From Pseudidiomarina andamanensis (GTDB taxonomy: Bacteria; Pseudomonadota; Gammaproteobacteria; Enterobacterales; Alteromonadaceae), in contig NZ_CP032551.1 in NCBI RefSeq assembly GCF_009734345.1, positions 1,740,001-1,772,000 on the forward strand: a stretch of DNA of 32,000 nucleotides, in the 5' to 3' direction. A model generated the notes under the pieces. The model searched no databases, was not told the origin of the DNA, and worked only from the letters and a program-made list of their open reading frames with translations. Positions 19,933-29,073 of the stretch are shown here, in pieces. The stretch's first letter is position 1. Each line of letters starts with the position of its first letter. The translations under genes and the position numbers were made by a program.

Positions 19933-20907
19933 TCAATAATAACGGATAGTAGCACGACCGATGGTATTTGCATCGGTACCGAACCAGAGTGTACGGCTTT
20001 CTGGATCGAACACCATATGACGAATGGTGCCACCGCCACTTTCTACTTCAAACGGCTTGGTAAAGGTTTCGCTGACAGAATCAAATCCAACAATACGGTT
20101 GGGTTGAACACCCGTTTCTGCAGCCCATACGTAACCGCGATGATCAACCACCATGGCATATGGCATCGAGCGCACACCTGCCGGCATTGGCCACTCTTTA
20201 ATTTCATCCGTAGCTGGATTCCAGCGCCCTAAAAAGCCACCCGCATAATCGACATACCAGAAGTGACCTTGCGCATCGACTCCCAGCCGACGTGGCCGAT
20301 TATTGTCACGTGGAAGCTGGATTTCTTTCACGTCATTGTCGTCATCCAGCGTTAATAGCTTGTTGGTGCCGAACAACGCCACCCACGGCTTACCTTGAAA
20401 CACCACAAGACCGTACGGGCGGGCATTCTTAGTGGGCACATCCCACAAGGTAATATTGCTCGTTTTAGCATCCATATGGCCAATTTGATTCGCTCCTTGT
20501 GCGCTAAACCAAATGTCGCCATTCATATCAAATTCCATGGTATGAACGTCGCGACGGCCTTTGCCAGGTAACGGATATTGGGTAATCTCAAAGGTTTCCC
20601 GGTCGATCTTGCCAATGTGGCCGCCTTTGTTACCGGCGTACCAAGCACCGCGATCGTCCACAATAATATTGTGCGGCCCAGCGCCTTCAGGCAAATCGAT
20701 GCGTTTCATATCGCCGGTTTTTGGATTCAAAACCGCGGCATAATCAGAGCGCTGTCCAACAAACCAAACTTCATCATCACCGGCAACATAAGGGTCACGC
20801 GGTCGTGAGTTCTCCCAAGGTACTTGCCACTCTTTGATTTCTAATGTGGCGTTTGCAGGCTCAGCCGGAGCGCCACTTAGCATCAGTGCTAATGTCATTG
20901 CTAACAT
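19933..20907 (-). CDS. Vgb (streptogramin-lyase)-like beta-propeller repeat protein with a hydrophobic N-terminus
   Basis: Six to seven repeats of the type GPHNIIVDDRGAWYAG, DVHTMEFDMNGDIWFS, RPRRLGVDAQGHFWYVDY and MPYAMVVDHRGYVWAAE. Start moved to ATG 20907, because GGAGG lies 5 nt upstream and falls inside the track's GTG-start extension. The N-terminus is MLAMTLALMLSGAPAEPANA. Confidence 0.7.
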   Translation of the reverse strand: MLAMTLALMLSGAPAEPANATLEIKEWQVPWENSRPRDPYVAGDDEVWFVGQRSDYAAVLNPKTGDMKRIDLPEGAGPHNIIVDDRGAWYAGNKGGHIGKIDRETFEITQYPLPGKGRRDVHTMEFDMNGDIWFSAQGANQIGHMDAKTSNITLWDVPTKNARPYGLVVFQGKPWVALFGTNKLLTLDDDNDVKEIQLPRDNNRPRRLGVDAQGHFWYVDYAGGFLGRWNPATDEIKEWPMPAGVRSMPYAMVVDHRGYVWAAETGVQPNRIVGFDSVSETFTKPFEVESGGGTIRHMVFDPESRTLWFGTDANTIGRATIRYY

Positions 20908-20921
20908 AACAACCTCCACTA

Positions 20922-21016
20922 CGTTATTCGTTATTCGTTAATGGAGTATAGACTGTCATTGATTTATAGTGTTTTCATGTTTTTCGAAAAACGAATAACC
21001 ACTAACGAGTAACGGC
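20922..21016. repeat. Second inverted array of 7-bp-phased heptads between the propeller gene and the LysE-family gene
   Basis: Left arm: CGTTATT CGTTATT CGTTAAT (20922-20942). A ~46-nt spacer follows. Right arm: AAACGAA TAACCAC TAACGAG TAACGGC (20989-21016). GTTATTCGTT can pair with AACGAATAAC (20990-20999). Confidence 0.8.
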
Positions 21017-21023
21017 TTTTTTT

Positions 21024-21650
21024 ATGTTTGAGATCTTTATTGCTGTTTTATTCTTTGCTTTCTCGACCACCATAACACCTGGACCAAACAACGTCATGAT
21101 CATGTCATCGGGCATGAATTACGGCGTTAAGGCGAGCCTGCCGCACTTTTTGGGTATTTGTTTGGGCTTCCCGCTGATGGTGCTGCTGGTTGGGTTAGGC
21201 TTTGGGGTGATTTTTGATCGGTTCCCGAATTTGCATCAATTAATCAAAGTACTCGGTGTGCTGTATTTGCTGTGGTTGGCCTGGCACATCGGTACGGCAG
21301 AGCCGAAGGCCATTCAAAAAGGCGAGAAAAAGCCATTTACGTTTTGGCAGGCTGCACTATTTCAGTGGGTGAATGCGAAAGCTTGGGTGATGGCATCAGG
21401 TGCAGTGGCCGCGTTCACTACAGTACAAGGCACACCGTTTCTTGAAGTGCTTGCCATTACATTGGCGTTCTTGCTGATGGCATTTCCGTGCGTGGGTGTG
21501 TGGTTAGTCTTTGGCTCGTTGCTACGCAAGGTGTTAACGAACCCAATTATGCAGCGTCTGTTCAATATCACCATGGCAGTTATTTTGGTGCTATCGATTG
21601 TGCCCGTAGTGATGGAGTTATGGCGCTTTTACTTTGCGCCAGCAGTTTAA
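21024..21650 (+). CDS. LysE/RhtB-family amino-acid efflux protein
   Basis: 208 aa, about 6 TM segments, N-terminal ITPGPNN motif typical of the family. Its position next to recQ mirrors rhtB/rhtC in E. coli. No SD is visible: the sequence upstream of the ATG is GGCTTTTTTT. Confidence 0.8.
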   Translation: MFEIFIAVLFFAFSTTITPGPNNVMIMSSGMNYGVKASLPHFLGICLGFPLMVLLVGLGFGVIFDRFPNLHQLIKVLGVLYLLWLAWHIGTAEPKAIQKGEKKPFTFWQAALFQWVNAKAWVMASGAVAAFTTVQGTPFLEVLAITLAFLLMAFPCVGVWLVFGSLLRKVLTNPIMQRLFNITMAVILVLSIVPVVMELWRFYFAPAV

Positions 21651-23464
21651 AAGTTACTGATGGGTTCATCGTCGGCGTCTAAATAGGCCGTAATCGCGGC
21701 GATGAACTCTTGGCCGTAGCGTTCTAGTTTCTTTTGACCCACGCCGGTGATTGCCAACATGGCGGTTTCGTCGGTGGGATAACTAACCGCCATTTCCACT
21801 AAGCTGGTGTCATTGAAAACCACAAACGGCGGTACTTCTTCAGTGTCTGCAATAGCTTTTCGTAGCGCGCGTAAACGACGGAACAGCACTTTATCGTAAT
21901 CGCCACGATCAGCCACGCGAGGTTTGCTGACCACCAAATTGATTCGCGGCTCAGCAAGCTGTAAGGCAACTTCACCTCGTAGCACGGGACGCGCCGCATC
22001 GGTCAGTTGCAGCACACCATACTGCTGCACATTTTGAATCACCAAACCACGATGAATGAGCTGACGCACCACGCCTAGCCAGTATTCGTGGCTTTGTTCA
22101 GCACCAATACCATAGGTTGATAGTTTGTCATGCCCCAATTCCATGAGCCGCTGTGATTTACTCCCACGCAACACATCAATCACATGATTCATCCCAAAGC
22201 GCTGACTAACCCGATAAACACATGACAGCACTTTTTGCGCATCGACGGTACCATCGTATTGGCGCGGTGGGTCCAGACAAATGTCGCAGTTCCCACAAGG
22301 TTTATCACGGTATTCATTAAAATAGTTGAGTAACACTAAGCGGCGGCAGGTTTGTGCCTCGCTCATTGCTTGCATAGCGGTGAACTTATGCAGCTCAATA
22401 CGACGCCGCTCTTCATCTGGATGGTCGTGGATAATCGATTTGATCCAAGCGGCATCTGAAGGGTCATAGAGCAGCACGGCTTCGGCGGGTAAGCCATCAC
22501 GACCAGCACGGCCGGTTTCTTGGTAATAACCTTCAACACTGCGCGGCACATCAAAGTGCACCACAAAACGCACGTTCGGCTTGTTAATGCCCATGCCAAA
22601 CGCCACGGTTGCCACCACCACATCAATATCGTCACGTACAAAGCCACGCAGTACGCTCTCACGTTGGTCATGCTCCATGCCGGCATGGTAACCGGCGGCA
22701 CGCAGGCCTTCACGCTGGAGCTTTTCAGCAAGCTCTTCAACTTTCTTGCGACTACCACAATAAACGATACCTGAAGCACCACGCTGCTTCTTAATGTAGT
22801 CCGTCACCTGCTTATAAGGTTTGTATTTTTCTTCAACCACATAGCGAATATTAGGGCGATCAAACGAGCCTTTATATACCACCGGATCATGCAAATGTAG
22901 GCGGCTAATAATATCCGCTTCGGTTGCGGCATCCGCGGTTGCTGTTAATGCCATAAACGGCACATTCGGCAGGGTTTCGCGAAGTTGGCCGAGTTGACCA
23001 TATTCGGGCCGAAAATCGTGTCCCCACTGGGAAATACAGTGCGCCTCATCAATTGCTACCAGGGTCACCGGCCATTGTTGTAACAAGCGAATGAAGAAAC
23101 TCTGCATAGCACGCTCAGGACTCACATAAAGTAACCGTATTTGGTTACTATTAAGCTGCTGCATGATCTGATTGCTTTGCTCGGGCGTGAGTCCGTTATT
23201 AAGTGCAGCAGCGGCAACCCCCATGGTTTGCAAAGCTTCGACTTGGTCTTGCATCAAGCTGATCAAGGGTGAAATCACCACCGTCAAGCCGTCTGAGTTT
23301 AATGCTGGCAGTTGATAGCAAAGCGATTTCCCACCGCCGGTCGGCATGAGTACTAAGGCATCGCGCTGTTGTTGCACGGCTTCAATCACCTGCAGTTGGC
23401 CTTCGCGAAACGCGGTGTAGCCAAATACATCGGCAAGAAGTTGTGACAGCACAGATTCAGACAA
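21647..23464 (-). CDS. recQ: ATP-dependent DNA helicase RecQ
   Basis: Near full-length by-eye match to E. coli RecQ: MPTGGGKSLCYQLPAL, DEAHCISQWGHDFRPEY, VATVAFGMGINKPNVRFVVHFD, QETGRAGRDG, the zinc module CGNCDICLDPP, and a C-terminal HRDC domain. I prefer TTG 23464 (GGAG 8 nt upstream). The track's GTG 23533 has no SD and adds 23 aa. Confidence 0.9.
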   Translation of the reverse strand: MSESVLSQLLADVFGYTAFREGQLQVIEAVQQQRDALVLMPTGGGKSLCYQLPALNSDGLTVVISPLISLMQDQVEALQTMGVAAAALNNGLTPEQSNQIMQQLNSNQIRLLYVSPERAMQSFFIRLLQQWPVTLVAIDEAHCISQWGHDFRPEYGQLGQLRETLPNVPFMALTATADAATEADIISRLHLHDPVVYKGSFDRPNIRYVVEEKYKPYKQVTDYIKKQRGASGIVYCGSRKKVEELAEKLQREGLRAAGYHAGMEHDQRESVLRGFVRDDIDVVVATVAFGMGINKPNVRFVVHFDVPRSVEGYYQETGRAGRDGLPAEAVLLYDPSDAAWIKSIIHDHPDEERRRIELHKFTAMQAMSEAQTCRRLVLLNYFNEYRDKPCGNCDICLDPPRQYDGTVDAQKVLSCVYRVSQRFGMNHVIDVLRGSKSQRLMELGHDKLSTYGIGAEQSHEYWLGVVRQLIHRGLVIQNVQQYGVLQLTDAARPVLRGEVALQLAEPRINLVVSKPRVADRGDYDKVLFRRLRALRKAIADTEEVPPFVVFNDTSLVEMAVSYPTDETAMLAITGVGQKKLERYGQEFIAAITAYLDADDEPISNF

Positions 23465-23608
23465 AATAGCGTCTCCAATTGACGGCAAGCTCTTATTCGC
23501 TCTATTGTATGCATCCCGCTTACGAAGCTCCACCGACTATCGCGTAAATCCGTGATATTCTGTCAGTGAGTGCTGGTTTTTCGTACAATTCAACGTGAGA
23601 TGCTCAAC

Positions 23609-24508
23609 ATGACTGATGATGCCGCCCGCAGCCGCCAAGGTGTATTCTTTGCTATTGCTGCTTACACCATGTGGGGTGTGGCGCCGATTTATTTTAAATG
23701 GCTGCAAGAAGTTCCGGCACTGGAGATTCTAAGTCACCGAATTATCTGGTCATTTGTTCTCGTATTTATCCTGATCATGGTGCTTCGACGTGGTAATCGT
23801 TTAAAGCCTGTCCTTCAAAATAAAAAGCAAATGGCGCGATTAACGCTGGCAACCTGTTTGCTCGGTGGCAACTGGTATTTGTTTATATGGGCAATCAACA
23901 ATGACCATATATTAGATGCCAGTTTGGGTTATTACATTAATCCACTACTAAACGTAGCTATTGGTATGGCATTTTTTGCCGAACGCATGCGTAAAATGCA
24001 GCTCGTTGCGATTGCACTGGCTGTTACCGGTGTGTTGATTCAAGTCATTTCATTCGGTTCGGTGCCATGGGTGGCGTTGACACTGGCATGTAGCTTTGCC
24101 ATTTACGGCGCTATTCGCAAGCGCTTGCCTATAGATTCAATTACCGGTCTGTGGCTAGAAACCTTGATCTTAGCGCCAGCGGTGCTTGTTTATTTGCTAT
24201 TCTTCGCCAGCTCGAGTGCAGCTGATATGACCCAAAATACGTGGCAGATCAACACGCTGCTGATTGCTGCGGGTGTAGTAACCACTGCGCCATTACTCTG
24301 CTTCACAGCAGCCGCGCAACGCATTCGTTATTCAACGTTGGGCTTCTTTCAATACATTGGCCCCAGCTTGATGTTTATTTTGGCGGTGTGGGTGTATGGC
24401 GAGCCGCTGGCCGCAGATAAGCTAGTGACATTCGCCATTATTTGGGTGGCATTAGCGCTCTACAGTATTGATACGTTGGTGCATCAACAGCGCTCTAAAC
24501 GCGCGTAG
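23609..24508 (+). CDS. rarD: EamA/RarD-family transporter
   Basis: RQGVFFAIAAYTMWGVAPIYFKWLQEVPALEILSHRIIWSF matches the remembered RarD N-terminus. About 10 TM segments. Start uncertain: ATG 23609, ATG 23600 or GTG 23570. Confidence 0.8.
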   Translation: MTDDAARSRQGVFFAIAAYTMWGVAPIYFKWLQEVPALEILSHRIIWSFVLVFILIMVLRRGNRLKPVLQNKKQMARLTLATCLLGGNWYLFIWAINNDHILDASLGYYINPLLNVAIGMAFFAERMRKMQLVAIALAVTGVLIQVISFGSVPWVALTLACSFAIYGAIRKRLPIDSITGLWLETLILAPAVLVYLLFFASSSAADMTQNTWQINTLLIAAGVVTTAPLLCFTAAAQRIRYSTLGFFQYIGPSLMFILAVWVYGEPLAADKLVTFAIIWVALALYSIDTLVHQQRSKRA

Positions 24509-26679
24509 CCAACAACTAACCACTTGCTGCCCACTTCGTCGAAATTCACTTGAATGCGACTTTGTGGGCCGGTGCCTTCATAGTTAAGTACCGTACCTTC
24601 ACCAAATTTGGTATGACGTACACGTTGACCTAGGGTATAACCCGTTTGCTCAAAGGCTTCATGGCTTGCGCCACTATGAAAACGGCCAAGCGCATGCGAT
24701 TGATGCGAGGTTCGTGACTGTAAGCGCACATGATGAATCATTTCCGGAGGCATTTCGCCCACAAAGCGGCTCACCGTACTATGCTTCTCTTGACCGTAAA
24801 TGCGACGCGACTCGGCGTAGCTAATTACCAGTTTTTGCATGGCACGGGTCATGCCCACGTAGCAGAGGCGACGCTCTTCTTCGAGTCGGCCACTCTCGCC
24901 AATGGATTGTTGTGACGGAAATAAACCTTCTTCTACGCCGCTCATAAACACCAACGGGAATTCGAGGCCTTTGGCGCTATGTAATGTCATTAATTGCACC
25001 GCATCTTGATGTTCATCGGCTTGCTCTTCACCCGATTCCAATGCAGCATGCGCTAAGAAGGCATTGAGTGGCGTCATTTCATCTTCAATCACACTGTCGA
25101 GCGTATTGAAGTTGTCACAAGCGTTCACAAGCTCTTTTAAGTTTTCGACGCGAGTTTCCGCTTTCTCGCCTTTTTCAGCTTGGAACATCGCCATTAAACC
25201 GCTTTTCTTGATCGCAGTATCCACTTGGCGGCCCAACGGATAATCACTGGTTTCGTCTTCAAGGCCATCAATTAACTCAAGGAATGCCTGCACGGCGTTA
25301 CCGGCACGACCACTGAGAATTTTTTCATGTACCAACTGTTTCGCCGCTTCCCACATCGGCAATCCGCGTTCACGTGAACCTTCGCGGATAATACCAAGCG
25401 TTCGGTCACCAATACCCCGCGTTGGGGTATTAATCACGCGTTCAAACGCCGCATCATCATTACGACTCGCCACTAAGCGCATATACGCCAAGGCATCTTT
25501 AACTTCCATGCGGTCAAAGAAGCGTAACCCGCCATAAATGCGATAAGGAATTCGGGCATGCAGTAAGGCTTCTTCCAGTACACGCGATTGTGCGTTACTG
25601 CGATATAAAATGGCGACATCTTGTAGCGCATTACCCTGCTCATGCCATTGCTCGATGCGCCCCGCAATGTATCGCGCTTCGTCCATTTCATTGAATGCGG
25701 CATATAAATCAATCGGCTCGCCCGCGCTGCCGTCTGTCCATAACTCTTTACCGAGGCGCCCTTGGTTATTCGCGATCACTTCGTTTGCCGCGGTTAGAAT
25801 ATTATTGGTGGAGCGATAGTTTTGCTCCAATCGAATGGTTAAAACGTTCGGAAAATCACGTAAAAACTGCTGAATATTTTCAACCTTTGCGCCGCGCCAG
25901 CCATAAATTGACTGATCATCGTCACCAACTATGGTGACATGATTGGTCTCGTCGTACCCCTGGCCGACACCTGAAAGCAGTTTAATCCAGCCATATTGAA
26001 TGGCGTTGGTATCTTGGAACTCGTCCACCAAAAGATGGCGGAAACGGCGCTGGTAATGCTCGCGCACATGTTTGTTGTCACGAATCAATTCATGCGCTCG
26101 CAGTAATAATTCAGCGAAATCAACCAAGCCCGCACGGTCACAGGCAACTTGATAGGCTTCGTAAATTTCTTTTAGCGTGCGCTCATTAAAGTCATAGCCG
26201 TCAAGATGATGCGGACGCAAACCTTCGTCTTTTTTGCCGTTGATAAACCATTGCGCCTGTTTGGGCGGCCAACGTTTTTCGTCTAAGTTTAAGCTGCGCA
26301 TGATGCGTTTGACCAAACGTAGCTGATCATCGCTATCGAGAATTTGAAAATTCTGCGGTAACCCCACATCCATGTAATGGGCACGGAGAAGACGGTGGGC
26401 AAGCCCATGGAAGGTACCAATCCACATCGACCGCACCGAGCTTCCTAATAATTGCTCAATACGTCCACGCATTTCCGCTGCGGCTTTGTTGGTAAAGGTC
26501 ACTGCCATAATGCTATGCGGCGAAATACCTTTTTCTTGAATCAGCCAAGCAATGCGGTGCACCAACACCCGAGTTTTACCACTGCCAGCGCCGGCAAGGA
26601 CCAACATGTGACGCTCTGCTGCGCCAACGGCTTCACGTTGTTTGTCGTTCAGTTGTGCGAGTAATGGGTGATGCTGCAT
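24484..26679 (-). CDS. uvrD: DNA helicase II UvrD
   Basis: Collinear by-eye match to E. coli UvrD: LNDKQREAV, LAGAGSGKTRVLVHRIAWL, AVTFTNKAAAEMR, LVDEFQDTN, VGDDDQSIYGWRGA, LEQNYRS, LMTLHSAKGLEFP, RRLCYVGMTRA. Confidence 0.95.
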   Translation of the reverse strand: MQHHPLLAQLNDKQREAVGAAERHMLVLAGAGSGKTRVLVHRIAWLIQEKGISPHSIMAVTFTNKAAAEMRGRIEQLLGSSVRSMWIGTFHGLAHRLLRAHYMDVGLPQNFQILDSDDQLRLVKRIMRSLNLDEKRWPPKQAQWFINGKKDEGLRPHHLDGYDFNERTLKEIYEAYQVACDRAGLVDFAELLLRAHELIRDNKHVREHYQRRFRHLLVDEFQDTNAIQYGWIKLLSGVGQGYDETNHVTIVGDDDQSIYGWRGAKVENIQQFLRDFPNVLTIRLEQNYRSTNNILTAANEVIANNQGRLGKELWTDGSAGEPIDLYAAFNEMDEARYIAGRIEQWHEQGNALQDVAILYRSNAQSRVLEEALLHARIPYRIYGGLRFFDRMEVKDALAYMRLVASRNDDAAFERVINTPTRGIGDRTLGIIREGSRERGLPMWEAAKQLVHEKILSGRAGNAVQAFLELIDGLEDETSDYPLGRQVDTAIKKSGLMAMFQAEKGEKAETRVENLKELVNACDNFNTLDSVIEDEMTPLNAFLAHAALESGEEQADEHQDAVQLMTLHSAKGLEFPLVFMSGVEEGLFPSQQSIGESGRLEEERRLCYVGMTRAMQKLVISYAESRRIYGQEKHSTVSRFVGEMPPEMIHHVRLQSRTSHQSHALGRFHSGASHEAFEQTGYTLGQRVRHTKFGEGTVLNYEGTGPQSRIQVNFDEVGSKWLVVGYARLERC

Positions 26680-26706
26680 GAGTAATTACCAACAAATAAA
26701 AAGGGC

Positions 26707-26735
26707 AGTGTAGTCACAGAATACTGTATATGCAA
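26707..26735 (-). promoter_or_regulatory. Putative sigma70 promoter of uvrD
   Basis: On the minus strand: TTGCAT (complement of 26730-26735), a 17-nt spacer, then TACACT (complement of 26707-26712). It ends ~28 nt upstream of the uvrD ATG. Confidence 0.45.
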
Positions 26736-26741
26736 CCAGTT
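26722..26741. promoter_or_regulatory. LexA (SOS) box upstream of uvrD
   Basis: TACTGTATATGCAACCAGTT has the CTGT-N8-CCAG form, which is also the form I recall for the E. coli uvrD SOS box. It overlaps the proposed -35 element and spacer, and also the yigB stop codon. Confidence 0.6.
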
Positions 26742-27465
26742 ACTTCGGTGCTTTGAGTAACTGATCGGTAAGTTGCTGTAAATTGTTGTACGCCAACGTC
26801 GGCAATACTTGTAAGTGTTCATACTTACCGAGGCCGCCGGTGAACCAGGCGCTCTGCCAACCAGCACGGTGCGCACCTAAAACATCAGCGCTTGGGCTAT
26901 CGCCAACATGCAACCATTGCAATGGCGCCACTTCAGGAAGTTGCTGCTGCGCCGCTAAAAACATATCCGCAAATGGCTTACCACGCAGTTCATCTGTTGG
27001 TTGATAGACCTCAGTAAAATAATCACTAAGACCAATAGCATCGACACTCACATTACCATTGCTTAGCGCAAACAAAGGATAGTATTCAGCAAGCTGTGCT
27101 AAAGCGGCATGTACATCGGCCGAAATTTCAACGGCGTTACGGTGCGCCATAAAGTGTGCAAATGCCGCATCAACGCCACCATTGATTTCACTCTCATCAA
27201 TCGCAAACTGACGTAGCCCTTCACCGAGAGCGGTGCGACGCAATTGCGTCATATTACTGGCTAAATCGGGTTGCGCGTACATTAATTGTTGACGATGCCG
27301 CAACCAATCGGATGCTTGCCATACCGCTGTTTGCGGGAACTCACGAGCAAGAAAATCGCGTACCGCTTGCTCGGCGCGTTGCATCACTGGCACATTGTTA
27401 TAAAGGGTATCATCGAGATCAAAACTAATAGCTTTGACAGGGTATAAGCGGCGATAAAACTGCAT
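26740..27465 (-). CDS. yigB: HAD-superfamily phosphatase, YigB-like
   Basis: HAD motif I ISFDLDDTLY, motif II ALSNG, and motif IV region VGDSPSADVLGA. It lies between xerC and uvrD as in E. coli. Confidence 0.75.
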   Translation of the reverse strand: MQFYRRLYPVKAISFDLDDTLYNNVPVMQRAEQAVRDFLAREFPQTAVWQASDWLRHRQQLMYAQPDLASNMTQLRRTALGEGLRQFAIDESEINGGVDAAFAHFMAHRNAVEISADVHAALAQLAEYYPLFALSNGNVSVDAIGLSDYFTEVYQPTDELRGKPFADMFLAAQQQLPEVAPLQWLHVGDSPSADVLGAHRAGWQSAWFTGGLGKYEHLQVLPTLAYNNLQQLTDQLLKAPK

Positions 27466-27473
27466 TAATCAAC

Positions 27474-28379
27474 CTATTCTTTTTTCTTGCGAGCGCGCGG
27501 ATGGGCGCCATCGTAAACCTTCGCCAAGTGTTGAAAATCGAGATGGGTATACACTTGCGTGGTACTTAAATTTGCGTGGCCAAGCAACTCTTGCACCGCG
27601 CGCAAATCACCGCTTGATTCTAACATATGTGAAGCAAACGAGTGGCGGAGTTTGTGCGGATGTAACGTCCCTTTCAGTCCTTGCTGTTGCCCCCAAAAGT
27701 TCAACCGTTGTTGCACCGTGCGCGGATTAATACGCTGGTTCCGTTGTGAAATAAACAGCGCCAGCTCGGTTAAATTGCCACCTAGCCACTGTGCGCGAAC
27801 TGGCAACCAACGCTCTAGTGCTTCTGCAGCGCAGCGCCCATAAGGCACAATACGCGTTTTGTTCCCTTTACCCAATACGCGTAGCTCACGGTGGCGCGAC
27901 TGAATGGCATCAACATCAAGCGCAACCAGCTCAGCTAAGCGCAATCCGCTACCATATAACAATTCCATCATGGCGGCGTCACGAATTGCTAGTGGATCAT
28001 CTTGTGGCAACTGCAGCAACTGACTAATGCTGTCCACATCGAGGTTTTTTGGTAAGCGTTTTGCTTTGCGAGGTGCTTTAAGCTGCGCAGCCGGATTGTC
28101 CGTTAACCAGTTTTCGCGAATGAGATACTGACAAAACGTGCGCCACGCAGCTAACCTCAGTGCCAATGACGCATCGCCAAGTCCGCGGCGGCGCCAGCTA
28201 ACAAACAAGCGTTCAAATACAGGAAGATTAATCTGCTGCGGACTCTCAACTCGCTGACTTGCTAATTCAACAATGTCGTCGGCAAGAATGCGTCCATAAC
28301 TATTGAGCGTGTGATCGGCGAGCCCGCGCTCGCCGGCGAGATGGTCTAAAAAACGTTGACGTAATTCAGACAGTGTCAT
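27474..28379 (-). CDS. xerC: Tyrosine recombinase XerC
   Basis: Catalytic signature: SGLRLAEL, HPHKLRHSFASHML, LLGHANLSTTQVYTH. The conserved dapF-yigA-xerC-yigB context supports the call. Confidence 0.9.
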   Translation of the reverse strand: MTLSELRQRFLDHLAGERGLADHTLNSYGRILADDIVELASQRVESPQQINLPVFERLFVSWRRRGLGDASLALRLAAWRTFCQYLIRENWLTDNPAAQLKAPRKAKRLPKNLDVDSISQLLQLPQDDPLAIRDAAMMELLYGSGLRLAELVALDVDAIQSRHRELRVLGKGNKTRIVPYGRCAAEALERWLPVRAQWLGGNLTELALFISQRNQRINPRTVQQRLNFWGQQQGLKGTLHPHKLRHSFASHMLESSGDLRAVQELLGHANLSTTQVYTHLDFQHLAKVYDGAHPRARKKKE

Positions 28380-29073
28380 GGTGGTTGGCTTGATGCTGCA
28401 ATAATGGCGGCAGCAACTTACTCAACAAGGCTTGTAATTGACGAACGAGCAAGGTGTCCATCGCCGGTTCAAAATGACCGGCATCGTGGTTACCAATCGC
28501 CAACATACCCAATTCGCCCTTGTTGCCAAGTAGCAACAATGCAACCGAGGCAATCGGTTCATCGGGGAACAGTAACTTTTTCTCATCCGCAGTCAAACGC
28601 CCTAGGTACACCTGAGAGTTCTGGAAACGTTTGCTCAGTAGCATTTTGTGCGTGTCGGCAGCAAAGGTGAACTGCTCATCCAGCTCAATCGGGCTGTCGA
28701 AAAACTTCAACCGTAGCGCCGGCATGTTCAGGCGCTCTGAGAAAGTTTGCTGCAACGCATCCATTATGCTTGGTAAGTCATCACACTCTAACAGTGTCAC
28801 ATAGAGTTCGCTGTAGGTTTGAAAGAGCTCTTCGTTACGCCGCGCCGTCACCATCAAATCGGTGATTTCTTCTTCCAACTGCATAATGCGTTGACGCAAT
28901 ACTTGTTGTTGACGCTCCACCAATGACACGGCACCGCGCTCTTGATGACGCAAGCTCAGTTGCTGTAACAGTTGTGGATGACGCTCAAAAAAATCGGTGT
29001 TCTCTTCTAAATATTGAGCAATAAGGGTGTCGTCAACCACGGGCGTATTTAATTTCTTCACTTCTGTCGTCAT
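28366..29073 (-). CDS. yigA: DUF484 family protein (YigA-like)
   Basis: 235 aa with an N-terminal coiled-coil-like region and a GAF-like C-terminal region. Its position between dapF and xerC is the conserved YigA position. It overlaps xerC by 14 nt. Confidence 0.7.
   Translation of the reverse strand: MTTEVKKLNTPVVDDTLIAQYLEENTDFFERHPQLLQQLSLRHQERGAVSLVERQQQVLRQRIMQLEEEITDLMVTARRNEELFQTYSELYVTLLECDDLPSIMDALQQTFSERLNMPALRLKFFDSPIELDEQFTFAADTHKMLLSKRFQNSQVYLGRLTADEKKLLFPDEPIASVALLLLGNKGELGMLAIGNHDAGHFEPAMDTLLVRQLQALLSKLLPPLLQHQANHHDTV

Noticed and set aside
19902-20039. 46-codon N-terminal extension of the hypothetical protein ORF, overlapping the propeller gene by 107 nt
   Set aside because: The internal ATG 19901 has a good AAGGA SD and sits just downstream of the propeller stop codon. 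The extension is hydrophobic and looks like read-through of the other gene's frame.
20908-20919. GTG start of the propeller ORF (MEVVM...)
   Set aside because: The GGAGG SD lies inside this extension, 5 nt upstream of ATG 20907, so the ATG is the better start.
20953-20970. Pho-box-like CTGTCAT-TGAT-TTATAGT in the spacer of the second heptad locus
   Set aside because: The first heptamer is perfect but the second matches only 3 of 7 positions.
20941-21012. 23-codon ATG ORF (MEYRLSLIYSVFMFFEKRITTNE) across the second heptad locus
   Set aside because: It has no SD. It ends in the array only because the array carries TAA in every frame. There is no peptide similarity to the sORF at the first locus beyond that artefact.
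27474-28379. Tyrosine recombinase as a marker of an integrated mobile element
   Set aside because: The conserved dapF-yigA-xerC-yigB-uvrD context and XerC-type motifs indicate the housekeeping chromosome-dimer resolvase. No att-like repeats or cargo genes are present.
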